Below, piece by piece: positions 25,936 through 38,640 of a DNA stretch of 64,000 bases (position 1 is its first letter; each line of letters begins with the position of its first letter). This stretch comes from Haplodiscus bocki. Lineage: Eukaryota. Position numbers and translations under genes: made by a program. The notes beneath the pieces were generated by a model, which did not search any database, was not told the DNA's origin, and saw nothing but the letters and a program-made list of their open reading frames with translations. The stretch is from positions 21,204,001 through 21,268,000 of the forward strand of contig OZ296652.1 of assembly GCA_965655095.1 (NCBI GenBank), written 5' to 3'.

Positions 25936-27892
25936 TAATTAACCAAATCACAACAATGCTTTCCCACACAAACAGTATTATTTTCTTACTATTCTGAGCT
26001 GATCTCAGCATCTTTCCCTTCTTCCATTTGCTAGTCTTGGCGCTGAGTTGTTCTTGTTTTTGATGATGATGATTTTATTAGTTGCATGTCTATGTTTTTG
26101 GCAAAATTGTTGAAATGTGCATACTGTTGGCCCCCCGGGCTTGGGTATATAGTAATTTAGGAGCTCCATCATTTGGAATATCAATTGGTGCGTTAATTTC
26201 TGACATTTAAGCTTAAGCCATACTGCTTTCACTTCTTCAATTTTTTCGCAAGGGCTCGCTGGCACGAACAAGCCGTCGCATCGACAAATGTTTATTTAGA
26301 TCAATAGCACTGATTTTACCATCATTCTTTACGACTAATTTTGCTTATAAAATGAACATGTATATTTGTTTTCATTTGCTTTCTAGTGAATGTGAAGTAG
26401 TTTGGTCTACTTTCGAGTGCTGCAAAGTAGCTCAACTCACTTGTGACTGCTGATTGATTAAATTTCCTCCAAATTTTGTCATTAGCGAGCTTTTCCATGA
26501 AATTGGCGTTTCCGTGTGAAATCGGCGATCGTTTTCGTGAAATTACCGAGCTTTTTCTAAAAACTTTCTTTTCTTCGACATTGCTAATCTGTTGGTGCTT
26601 GATTCCTAGCATCATTGGTGCCTTGTTTTTAAATCTGTAAAGTTCATTTTTGATTGTTTGAAAAAGAAAAACTCGGGTCAGATATCAATTTCCGCGGCTG
26701 ACAATGCATTTAAACGCATGCTTAAGTTATTGCATTTGTGCCTTTGAATGGCGTGGCTTGTCATTCGCCACACCTAAAAAGAAACGTTGTTATTATTGCT
26801 GCATGCGAATGTATTTCTGCATGTATCTGAATTGGGGAAGTTGTTTTGTGGGATTTTCGTATGTCATCTGCTCTAGATAAATATGCACTTCTAAGCTCGG
26901 TATAAAAATTCTGCGTTTTGGGGGTCTCAAATTTTGGGAACTTCTTTACAGGAAAGCAAAGGATGATGTGGCGCGAATATCAAATAGGTTTAACAGGTTT
27001 AAGCATACTTTGAAGATCACAGCGCCCATTTCCAGTTTGACATATTTCAACGACCGGAAATTTTTGTCGATTGCAGACTGTTTTCTATTGCATTGCTCCA
27101 TGGACACTCCCGTTGACGGAGACTGCCGCTGTTTGAACCAATACCGGTGGGACCAATACTTGACTCCTGAATGTCTTATAATGCGTGTAAAGCGGTAACC
27201 CCATTCTGTGCTTATAACTGGGAGCAGATGCTAATGTTAAATGAATGAATGACTGTCAATCCCGTTAGTTTGAGTGTGCTGCTACCACAACTACTACCTT
27301 TGATCTCATCCTTTGTTTGCTCTCCCCTGTTTCATACATTACCTCAAAGACCACCTCAACCTCCATCAGATTATGAGTTGTTATTACTATTAATTACATT
27401 ACAGTAGTCTCTGCTTGACGTGGATGATAGTTATTAAATTTAATAGCCTCAATCAAAATTCATTATTTTAGATAAAGCTCTTTTGAAAAACTAAGGGAAA
27501 GATTTGGGTGATTATTGCCTGTCAAACAGGATTTCACCTTTGGTTTGAGCTTTCAGACAATTCTTTGGGTTTTTATATAGGATAGTAGGGTCTTGACCAT
27601 GAGATTTTTATTCTATTCTCTTGTTGTGTTTTCTATTCTAATTTTAGGTTTTAATATAAGAGATCATAAATTTCAAAATTCTCCAGTTGGGAAACAAAAT
27701 TGTTAGTCGACTCAATGTAAAACGAATTATTGCTTTGAAACTGGTTCTTCAAGACATAGAAGTGACTAATTGCTGAAGACGATTTGATACGATGAACAAC
27801 CCTTGTATAGTGAGTCAGCGTTGTCTGTTTGACATTAAGGGTTGATTTTCAAACTGCTAATTTCACTAAAGCACCTGCAATTTTAAGATGAA

Positions 27893-29693
27893 ATGAATGG
27901 TAACGACGACCAAGTAACTGGCACCAGTGACAAAGAGCAACAGCAGCAAGAGGAGCCGGAAACATCGAGCAGCCAAGAACCCAGTCGGAAAAAGTTGCGC
28001 CTTGATGACCCTGAGTTGACGGTACGGTACAACTTGCTACATATTAATTTTACGGCGATGAAAACAAATTTTCAAGTTAAATAGGCGTCAGTTTAGTAGA
28101 ACGCGTCAAAGAGTTATCCCACAAGCGCAGAATTCAATTTTGCTGAAACTTCTAATTTGACTGAAAATCCTTCCTGCATAAAATGGAGACTGAACGGTGT
28201 CTCGGCTTTTCGAAACTATCAAAATTTTTCTGACGTCATTGCCGAAAGACCGAAGCCAGCAGGTGGAAATAATGAGCCAATAAAATGCGATTAAGCATAA
28301 CTCAGTGATTGTTTTGGCTATGACGTCAGATGATCATGCGGAATGAAAACGAGTGAGATCATCAAGTCGTCCGCTACATTCACATTGGCGTTCATGCTTG
28401 CATTCATTCAGCGTGATGATATTGACTTCGAAGCCAGAAAAAACCGTGAACGGATATATAAAATGTCTCGGACCGATTGATAATTTAATCTGGCAGAAGG
28501 ATTTGCTAGTTTAACTTGATGTTTCTTGGAAAGTCTAGAGATACAAATGTCCTTGTTTGATGGAAATCGAATATTTTGGAAATTGGAACTGCGAGTGTAC
28601 TTTACCGTTAGTTTGCATGTGTACCCTGGCAAGAGCGTTGCCGAGACAGCTTGGAACGTACTGTATTGAGTGAAATAAATCCGAAAAAAAAGTTTTCTGT
28701 AACTATAAAGATCTAGGCTGTGATTGGTTTCAAGTCAGTGTATTTTCCTTGTCATTAGGACAGAATTCACAACTAGCTGCATTGCATATCAATTGTTGAA
28801 AATGAGTGAAAATTACATGTCGATTAAAGTTTTGGGTGGCTAAAAGCGCGAAGGCTCGAAATGTAAAAAGATCAAATGGCATTGCCTGAAATATCCTACT
28901 ACAATTATTTCAAAATTGTTGAAGAAAGATTTTCTCCAAATTGTGAATACAGTCAGATCCGCCTGTAGTCAACCTTATGAATGAAGGTGTTCAGTATTCC
29001 TTTAAACGAAATACCACATTAGGCATACATGCTTCCTATTATGAATGCTCATCACATTTGTATGACAATATATAAAGTATTACTATACAAGGACGCATTA
29101 TTGACAATCCTGACTGTACTCTACTTTTTGATATCGAAGCCGAAGTTGAAGATATTATTAAAACGAGGTGGGATCCGTTTTTTAGACTGGCAATTGTGGA
29201 TATGGTGTAAAGCCACCTTTGCGCTCGTCAATTGTGTGAATCGTTAATTACCATTCGGGGCCAATTCTTGTTCCCGTTTAGAGGGACAATCCCCTATAGG
29301 AGCCAAATAAAATTTGACGCCAATTTCAAAAAGTTACCGTTATTTACATTTGGGAAATCTTGTTTTTGAAGCTCATTATCTCTTTACGTATGTTTCGGAT
29401 TTTTCTGCTACTTGTAGAAATGTTATGACAGGACCGTAATCTATCTATCTACCACAAACGAAGGGTTAAAGTAAAACTGTCAAATTCAGTAGGTAAATCC
29501 ACTAGCTTAGATGTGGAGGGATATCGAGAATATCATTGAGAGGGAATTTTTTCAGCGTAAGCAAGAGGTGTCAGGAAAAGTTTGTTTTACCATTGTAAAT
29601 ATTTTGCTTTGAGCAATGCTCTCACGAAATTTCTGCTATTTGTTCATCTTTCAGAAACTTCTACAGTTTATCCAAGAGGGTCTCCGGAATGTT
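27893..29693 (+). CDS. Probable 5' exons of an unidentified gene: 27893-28021 (MNGNDDQ...RKKLRLDDPELT) and 29655-29693 (KLLQFIQEGLRNV). No continuation found.
   Basis: Coding-like composition, NLS-like RKKLR, ACG|gtacgg donor, and a tctttcag|...|gtgagt phase-0 exon. Confidence 0.4.
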
Positions 29694-30044
29694 GTGAGTG
29701 TGTTAGTGTCTCGTGGTAAAAAAATTTAATATGTGGAAAAGGGGGTGTGACAAAAATGATGGCAAATTTGTTTTTTTTTGCAATTTTGTTTATGTCCATT
29801 TTTGCGAACTTTAAGATGGGATATTTTCGGCTAATATACCTTAACTAGCGAACCTCTGCTTTTATCTTAAAATCGTGGAGCTGTTATTGGTCTATTTCGT
29901 TATTTGTTTTCTGCCGATGCTAAGTAATTCAGTGCATTTTTACTTCCTCTAAGTTTTTCAAATTCTCTGAAATTCTGACAATTGTATTTATATGGCTTTC
30001 TAATTAATCCGTTAGATTATGTGAATTTGACTCATCCCTCCTTT

Positions 30045-30202
30045 TGTTGACTCTGGTAATTTCTGAGCGCTTGTTGCTGAAGTTCAGTTTAGGTTGTTTT
30101 GCAAAAAGTTGATGGAAAAATCATGTTGACTCTGGTAATTTCTGAGCGCTTGTTGCTGAAGTTTAGTTTAGGTTGTTTTGCAAAAAGTTAATGGAAAAAT
30201 CA
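30045..30202 (+). repeat. 79-bp tandem duplication
   Basis: tgttgactctggtaatttctgagcgc...ggaaaaatca at 30045 and 30124. Confidence 0.95.
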
Positions 30203-30450
30203 ATGATTTTTTCAGTTCACTGGCTTCAATGTTCGGGCCCCGCCCTTGGCCAATTTTCTAAAAATGAATCCTTGTGAAAGCTATGGTTCAACAATATCCA
30301 TCATTAGTTGCCTTTTTTAGCAAGCTATCACTCGTCTAGTGAAAAATTGCCTTATTAGGTATGCAGAAGCAATTTTGCCTTTAGTCTTACGAAAAGACAT
30401 TATATTGGAGACGCTGAGTTCAATACAATTAATTGAAAATGAGTTATAAG

Positions 30451-32081
30451 TATAGCGGTCGTCGCCGCTGTTAATAAGCAGTAAGAGCGAGGTGCCGCGC
30501 CGATATGACTGGACACAGCGAGGCGCCAATAAGATAAAGGCGATTCTATCAACAACACAGGGGCTTGTCAGAAACTGAATTACCCTCAACTCGCCTTAAA
30601 ACAGACTGTACGAAACAATAAACAATGTTGTAACCTAATAGACTTTACTTTTACTTTACTTTCATGTAATCTATCTTCTCAATACTCCCCCAAAAGTTTC
30701 CGTCTGTTTTTAATGTTCTTTATTTGTCATACTTTCTTAATTGCACTTTTATGCAGTTTCAATTATACGCAGCTTCTTTTTCTATCTATTAGACATTCAA
30801 AACATTTAATATTCGCTCTCCTTCTAGTAATCTTTGTATTTTAAACATTTACAGGAACCTGTCTTCCTTATAATTTTAAACTTGTTGAAACGTGTTTGTT
30901 GCTTTCTTATCTAACCTTTGCCCCTCATTGCTTGCCTCCTCGACCAGTTTTACTCAATCTGTCAACTTCTAAACGGCCCTACCGCACAAAAGCCCTTTTA
31001 CCCAGCTCGAAAACAGCAGTACAAATTTCAGCTATGTAATTTTTTTCTACCCTGTATTAAAGTAACGTTTTAAATTGATTTATTTCAAAACCTTTCTTTG
31101 ATTTTTCTGATCTGGGCAGTTCCAGAAAGAGAAAAGTAAAATCAGAAACTTACTAAGACAACCGTCCACGCATCTGAGAGTATTCAATAACGGAAAAGGA
31201 AAACTCCTTTCTTCGATTTAACTTCACCAGTCACGGTTGTTAAATAGTTATTTCCACATTCTAATTTTCCTTTCAACGGTACTGTATGTGGCGCATCGAA
31301 CAGATTCTTATTAAGTAAAAGACGTATCGAGGATATCCGTTCGAGGCAAATGTGAATAGTCAACAAAAGTCAAAAAGTGCTAGATCGCGTTGCAAATGAA
31401 TGACGTAGAATTTTTTGCAAAACTCACGTTTCTTAGTGGTGGTCTTGCACCGGCTTTGAGTAGTCTCAGTTTAGGCACCTGTAGTCTCTGTTTAGGCAGC
31501 TCATTTTTTTGAGGCTTTCATCTTATTTTTTTCACGAATTTGGTGTTGAAAATTGTGCAACGATACTTTTCATGACGTGGTTAGAAAAATCTCCATCGAT
31601 GTGCGTATACATACATAACCGCTACCGTCGTACCGCTTACGGCTCAATCATTGAAGCATGCTTGTAACACAGTCTTCACAAGATGCAAAATCAATACAAT
31701 GCGGTGAAAACAAATCTGTTGAAGCTACCAGTTGCAAAGGAGATGTATCGAAACTGGATTCCTCTGCTGTGGAAGATAAAGTAAAAGAAGATGAAGGAAT
31801 CGGATCGTACACATCGTCAGAATTGGGTCAATTCTGGGATAAAGAGGAAGCTTTGTTAGGAGGGTGCAGCAGGACGGAATGTTCTTACAAGTTGGGCGCC
31901 GTGACCGGAGAGGCTCTGTATGTCTGTATGACTTGTTTCCAACATGGAAAGAAACGTGCTGGGATTTATTTTGCATGTGCAGGACAGTGTCATGATGGGC
32001 ATGATCTGAATGAAATTTACACCAAGAGAAATTTCAAGTGCGACTGTGGTAATTCACCGTTCCCCGGTGTTTGCAAACTGG
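30451..32081 (+). repeat. 1.63-kb direct duplicate of 44196-45817 (Gypsy 3' end + 3' LTR + UBR7 promoter + most of exon 1)
   Basis: Continuous similarity from tcgtcgccgctgttaataagcag to cccggtgtttgcaaactgg. Identical 60-aa minus-strand ORFs at 31184 and 44929. Confidence 0.97.
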
Positions 32082-32176
32082 TTTTGATTTTCTTGGTGGT
32101 TTTGGGCCAAGTTCTCATAGTGACACGTCTCGAAAAGTTTTCTGAGCGTTGTTCCACTGCAAACTTCGAAAATTGA
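31658..32176 (+). pseudogene. Truncated UBR7 exon-1 duplicate (UBR box) fused to retroelement-derived sequence
   Basis: Paralogous to 45394-45817, with RQALY>GEALY and GICFAC>GIYFAC (a Cys is lost). Similarity ends at GVCKL, and the ORF continues VLIFLVVLGQVLIV...*. Confidence 0.85.
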
Positions 32177-33189
32177 AAAGTGCGAACACGGAAAGTCAGC
32201 TTAGCGGTGTGATTGTTTCCGGAAAATTAGTCAAGGTAGCACCTGACTCTCACTTCTCATCCCGCACCAATATCCGACGGTCACCCGACAACTTCGGAAA
32301 TCCTCGTTTTCTGACAATTTGAAGGTTTTAAGTTAGCTCGCTACTTCCATTAACCCCAAAGCCCGCTTGTAATTTCATGTCTACGCAATCGTTTGGTTGA
32401 TGGGAACATTCATTTTAGTTGTTTCACCAATACCAAACACGCCAAAAAGGCCATTGATTAATCCTTGTTATCACTTGTCAGATAGCTCAATTTCGTATTC
32501 CTGTGAAACATCAAGTCCAAAACACCTCTTTGCTCACCCCAAACATCCCACAACTCTTTTTGCACCAAAACTTTGAGGACCTCACCTACAACTATCATCC
32601 AAGTGAAAGACTCTTCCGAATTACACTCCTTCCGCTTTAAGTAGTACTACAGTCGTACTCTCTACCGCGTTTCCACCAGATTGGGTGACGTTTGGTGAGC
32701 AAAATTTGAATTACTTGGAACATTTCTCGTAGCACTCAGTACATTCAATACATCTGACGTTTCAGTGGCAACTCTAAACTTCTTGTCCGAGCATCTCAAA
32801 CTGCATCAGACTCTTTGAGTAGAGGTCGCAGAATGCCTGATGCCATTTTATCAAGAGGACGACCGTCATTACGTCAATTTTCTTTGGAACGCGCTAGGCA
32901 ACGGCATTTTGTACATGAACAAAATTGCTTGAAACGGATATGGAGACCCTATTTAACTTTTTGATTACAATTTCCAAAACTATCCGCCAAGTGACATTCG
33001 TCTTGAAATTTTTCCCCACTCGCCGAATTGGACCGGTCTTTATTGGCTCGTTAGTGAGTACCAGCACTTCTATAGCGATAACCCCGTCAACGAGCACGAT
33101 TTTGGTGAATTGGTTGACTATCTTGCCGGGAGCACCGACTAAAACTTGATAAATTTCATTTTTCATTGAATCTTTTTGAAGTTGGGAAA

Positions 33190-34560
33190 AATGACTGAAG
33201 CTGAATCCGAAAAGGAACTAGGCTCAGATAAGTGAGAAAGCTCCACAGAGCCAGCCCCCCCCCCCAAGGACTTGGAATTTCCACCAACGCACCTTGAAAC
33301 CCGGAGCGGCCTCCAAGGGCGCTGGCAGCTCTGCTGGCGGCGCACCTGGATTTTCAAATATTTTTTCCGATAGTAACTTCATTTCCTCCGTTCCTTGAAA
33401 CGCCTGGAGGACCTCCCCGTGCAGCAATTACCCTACCGTCATGTCTCATGCCCTATTCGTTCAATGGTTCCGGCGACTTCGAACATTACCTTCAACAAGT
33501 CAAAACAGCACCCATGCTGGCCGGCTGGTTCTCACCGAGACATCATCATCGACCACAAATCTTTGACCTCCGGTTCAGAGATAATGCGTTGCATTTCTAC
33601 ACAACCTTGTCCCCGGAGTAACAGGTCGACAATGGTCTATTCGTGTATGCATTTTAACAGAATTACACTACAAATGTTGATATTTTGAAAGCGCGTCTGA
33701 AAGCTGCCAAACAGCAACACGAAATCGCCAACTTTCTTTGCGATTTACGAATTTTGGCACGTCGCGCCTATCATGCCAGTCCACACTTGATAGATCAAAT
33801 TGTCCTCACGAGCTTCGCTGAAGGATTAAAGAGTCCGACTCTTCGCTGAGACTTGAGGAAAGCGAAACCTAGGACGGTGGAAGAAGCACTAACGCTAGCA
33901 ATAGAACTCGAGTGGTTCATTGCGTTGAAAAGGACAAACTATCCCGGATCCGCCTGCCAAAGTAACCTCAATATCAACCCAATTGGCCGGGCAACCCCCT
34001 CAATCTGACACAATCGATGAACTCGTACGGTCCTTAAGGAATGAGGTCGATAACATAAAGCGTTCCACTCAACAGAAACGATTCCTGTGACATACACAGA
34101 AACGGGACCGATTGCCTGGATAAAAACAGGACGTAATAATTCACGGCATCAGACGCCAAACCGTTTCTAGTCGACGGACCGAAATTAGCAAAGTTCTAGG
34201 TATGCAGACGAAAAACGAAACAATTCGAATGACAAGATTTTTCGATCGGTTCGTCTCGATCTTCACAGCCGAAATGAAAACGGTGGACGAAACAATTAGT
34301 CACGTTACGGATCCGGATATCAGAGACGGGATAATAACAGACAAAGTCCACTTTACCACTTTACTCGAAGACGCCAAACCAGCAAACAAATGGTCACAGA
34401 AACGATAAATCCCAAAAAACACAGCGCAAGAATTCCGATATCCAAAGTCAATGTCGTCATTGTGGACAATCAAATCACTTTTCAAACGAATGCGAAGCCT
34501 GCTCAATTGCAAAGGCATCGGACACTTCCGACGTGATTGCAAGGTGCCCAAACCAATCCG
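33190..34560 (+). pseudogene. gag: Gypsy gag remnant with two CCHC zinc knuckles
   Basis: Frame ...LKARLKAAKQ...FLCDLRILARRAY...FAEGLKSPTLR*DLRKAKPRTVEEALTLA. Knuckles CRHCGQSNHFSNEC and NCKGIGHFRRDC at ~34450-34540. Confidence 0.8.
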
Positions 34561-34682
34561 TTAAACAAACAGTGTACGCAAGCGGGTCTTAGCGCAGACT
34601 TGAATACAGAGAATGGCCCACAACAAACAATAGTTCTGATTTCGGTGGTCGGTACCCTCGTAGTGTCTTTGTTGCCATTCAA

Positions 34683-37600
34683 GTGTGCGATAAATTAATC
34701 GAAGCAGTCTGTGACTGTGGGGCAAGTGTTTTTTGTCTGAGCCCGATCATTTTTGAAGATCTGCGGAAGACAAAGGGGATTAAACTGCAAAAGTGCAACA
34801 AGCACGTCAAGGCTGCTAACGGCCTACCTATCGGAGTCAAAGGGATTATCAAGATTCCGCCTACGGCTGGCGACAAACATGAACATGAATTTCATGTGTT
34901 GGAGAAAACTGAGACTGACTGCTTACTGGGACTAGATTTCCTGGAAGATGATCAATGTTATCTTCTTTTTTCCCGGATGGAATTAAGACTCGATCGAACC
35001 CATTCCGTTCGGATGTATCACGAAACTATCATATCACACCAATTCGGTTTTTCTAGTCGTAGCAACCGAAATCACCCTGGTACCAGCAGGTCACCAAAAT
35101 TCTTCTGGCACATATCCTAAAATCTGGGTTAGAAAACCCGGCACCCTCAACGCTGTCTTCGAGCCTCCAAGCAATTGTTCCTTCAAAAAGATTTCTCTGT
35201 TCCAAATATATTGTTCAGCTACTCCGATGAAGTTATTCCAATTGCTTTATAAAATAAAGCTGACTCTGAATTGACACTTCATAAAAATACTAGGCTTGTT
35301 GGATTCTCTGGAATTATTCCTGATGGATTGTTCAAAAGTTTTAATCCCACGCCAAAACCCCTTCCCGTCAAGCAACTTAGCAGGTACGACCTGCGCCACA
35401 TTACCCAGTCAATTGATTCCAGCGTTCCACCAGGCCGACGAAAAAAATTTAAACACCTACTTCAGGATTTCAATAGTATTTTTTAAAAAAGCAAATCGGA
35501 CCTTAGCAAGTGCGACGCGATAACATAAATGCGAAGTTTATCCAGGTGCTAAACCAGTGAAACTTTCAAACCGAGAGTTGCCCTTGCACTGCAAGCAGGG
35601 TTTGCAAGATAAAGTGGACGTTTTCTTAGAGAAGGACTTGATAGCCCCTTGTCACAGACCGTACAACGCCTTCGCCATGCTGGTGCCCAAGAAAATTGGG
35701 AAAACACGCCTAGATTAACGCCAACTCAACAAACAAACAATTAAGACTAGCTGGCGGATCCCATCAATAGGAGAAATTTCGACTTATTAGACGGAAACGC
35801 TTTCTTTTCTACAATCGACATATCCGCAGGTTTTTACCGAGTGCCAGTCGACACAACCAGTCAGAACTTCACCGCTTTCAGTACTCATTTCGGTTCCTTC
35901 AAATGGCTTCGAATGCCAATGAGTCTCAGGAAGTCCAAGTACTTTCCACAATTTAATGAAGCACATTTTGGTTGGTTTCACACGAAGTTTTTGAACGTTT
36001 TCACGATGCTAACCTGGAAGTTAATCCTGCAGAAAATTCCTTTTTTCAAGCAAAAGTGCAGTTCCTCGGCCACATAGTCATTAAAGATGGCGTTCAAGTT
36101 GACCCTAAAAAAGTTGATGTCGCAAAGAAGTTCCCCATCCCAAAAAACCAAATTGAAGTGAAATCATTCCTGTGACTAGCATCCTTTTACAGGCGCTATG
36201 TCTCCAATTTCGCCGCCAATGTCGGTCCTCTCCACAAGGTGAGTGAAACTTGTTCCGTGTTTTCTGGGGCTGAAGAAGCCCAGAACGCTTTTGAAACCCT
36301 GAAAACCCGCCTAACATCAAGACATGTTGTGGCCTTTCCGTGTCTCCTACAGCCTTTATTCTGTATACTGATGCGAGCGAGTTTGTAATGGGAGCTGTTC
36401 TCGCTCAAGTACAAGATGGTATGGAAAGAACCATTTGTTATGCTTCCAAAGCACTTTCGAAGTCGCAAACAAAATTTTCAGCAACTCGTCGCGAACTCCT
36501 TGCCATCGTAACTTTTTCCAGATATTTCCGTTACTACTTGGAACAGAAGTTTACGATAGTAACTGACCATAAGGCCCTCCAATGGCTACACAATTTTGAA
36601 GATCCGGAAGGAATGACAGCCCGTTGGTTAGAGAAATTAGCGTCCTTCGCTTACACGGTTCCCCATAGGCCCGGGATGTCAATTGGTCATCCCGATGGCC
36701 TTTCAAGAGTTCCCTCCCATGAGGTGAATGTTGCTGCACACAATAGTAGCCAAACTGATTCTCTACATCAAGATGAAATCAACCAGTGGGGGTATTCCAC
36801 CGAGCCACAAAAAGATAAGGTTGACCATGCGTCCACCAGTTCAGGGGAATGGCCAAACCGAGGAATTCAGCCAAATTCACATTACTCCCCAGAAGCTGAA
36901 AGTGCGGCTAGTCGCTACCAGGAGATCATTGGGGACCTTTTCCATTCCAGACTCCCTCACACATTGTGTCTCCGTCGACTTCAAAATGTCAGCCATAACC
37001 CGCGAAATCCGGAAAATATTCTCGACGAGCCATCCCAACACTTTGGATCATAGATTGAGTCCACTGTGCTTGCAGTGAATACCCGCTCAGAAAATATACA
37101 TTTACCATTAGGTCCCCAACAAAAGTTCGATAAGAAGCCAACTTGCGCAACGTTGCGCGCCTCCCTCGAACGTATGAGGACGCACGAGGAGGAAAACGGA
37201 GTTCAATTTAGCATGCCCTGCGTCGGTTCCGGTCTCGAAAAACTCGAGTGGCACGTGTTTCGGCAACTGATCCAAGACACACTCAAGACATCACCGGTTG
37301 CCATCGTTGTGTACCTTAAAAAGGAACTTGCATCAGAACCATCAACGGAAGCAACCCAGGCTGTTAAATCGCTAGTCAAAGCTTAAAAATTTGAGGAACG
37401 CTCAAGACATGTCAGAGAATTGGTCTGGAAAGGATGCACACCCCGACACAATGAGCTACAAGGCCTACCCCTTCTATGATGGCAAATGTATAACCAATTA
37501 GCAAGCCTACCTCCATAAAGACGTCCTTTGCCGAAAAGTTGAACCTCTTGACGGCACGGGCCTTACCTCCAACAGTTTTTCCCTCCGGCTTGGAACTCCG

Positions 37601-38640
37601 AAATTATCACATCAATCCATAAGTCAGCCACGGCAGGGCATTTGGGTACCTACAAGAGGATAGAGAAAATACGACGATATTACTGGCCAGGATTCAAGGA
37701 GGATGTGAAGGACATGTTCCTTGTAGCGATCGATGCCAAAAGCGAGGTGGACCTCCAAAGACACACCGGCATTCTCTCATTGACTGGTGGGTTAGTTACC
37801 CCTTCCACCACATTGGCTGGGATTTTCTTGCACCTTTTCCGATGTCGAATAATTGTCGATATACTTCGTCAATGTTAATTGACTGTCATTTCAAGTGGTA
37901 CGAAGCTATTCCACTGCCTGATCAACGAGTTGAAACAACTACCAGCGCTCTACTGAACCACTGTATTTGTCTGTTTCTAATGCCCTCATAGCATACATAC
38001 GACTAAGGTCGAAACTTCGAGTCCGAACTTTTTCAACAATTGACGAGACGTCTAGAAATCGACGAAACTCGCCCTACGTCCCTCCATCTTCATTCCAACG
38101 CTGTTATTGAACCAATGAATCTAACATGTCGAAGGGCCTGGATCAGGATCAATCGGATTGGTCCACATTAGTACCGTTTGTTCTGATGGCTTACCGATCA
38201 TCGGTCCACGAATCCACAGAAATTCACACCATATTTTCTCGTGTTTGGACATGAAATATCATTGCCACTCGACTTGATGTACACACCTCCCGAGAAGTGT
38301 GAGCCATCGTCTTTGAATAAGCAAGTGTTAGAACGACAAGAAGCAAAGCGTTTAATCTAGTCCGACGAAACACTACTGCTCAGCAGCTCCGACGAAATGC
38401 TTAGTATAATTTTAATGTTCATAGACCAGTGTGCAAAGAAGGTGATTGCGTTCTTCTTCATTACCCCGTTACCCCAACGGGTTGTAGCCCCAAAATATCC
38501 AGTCATTGGCGAGGCCCCTACCGCATCAATAAATGTCTCAATGATGTTGATTAAGAAATCGAAGAAATGAGCAACGGGAACCAACTCGTTGTACATTACG
38601 ATCGACTCAAACGGTACCATGGAGTCATAGCTCCTCCATC
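34683..38640 (+). pseudogene. pol: Gypsy pol remnant: protease, RT (YxDD block missing), RNase H, macrodomain, integrase
   Basis: Protease CDCGAS and LLGLDFL. RT TAFSTHFGSFKWLRMPM and VQFLGHIV. RNase H LYTDASEFVMGAVL...RRELLAIV...TDHKAL...ARW. Integrase H...GHLG...YYWPG...CDRC, D*GRNFESE and WRGPY...VVHYDRLK. Confidence 0.95.
36916..37320 (+). pseudogene. TARG1/OARD1 (Poa1p-like) macrodomain embedded in pol
   Basis: Joined across frameshifts: YQEIIGDLF..DSLTHCVSVDFKMSA...YIYH*V..QKF.KKPTCATLRASLERMRTH.EENGV.FSMPCVGSGLEKLEW...LIQDTL.....IVVY. This is colinear with the OARD1 motifs GDLF, DSLAHCISED.RMG, YIYYLITK, KPTY..L..SLE.M, MPRIGCGLD.L.W and ITVY. Confidence 0.88.

Noticed and set aside
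30451-32081. The 1.63-kb direct repeats as the element's true LTRs
   Set aside because: No TG...CA ends, the PPT lies inside the repeat, and the repeat includes host UBR7 coding sequence.
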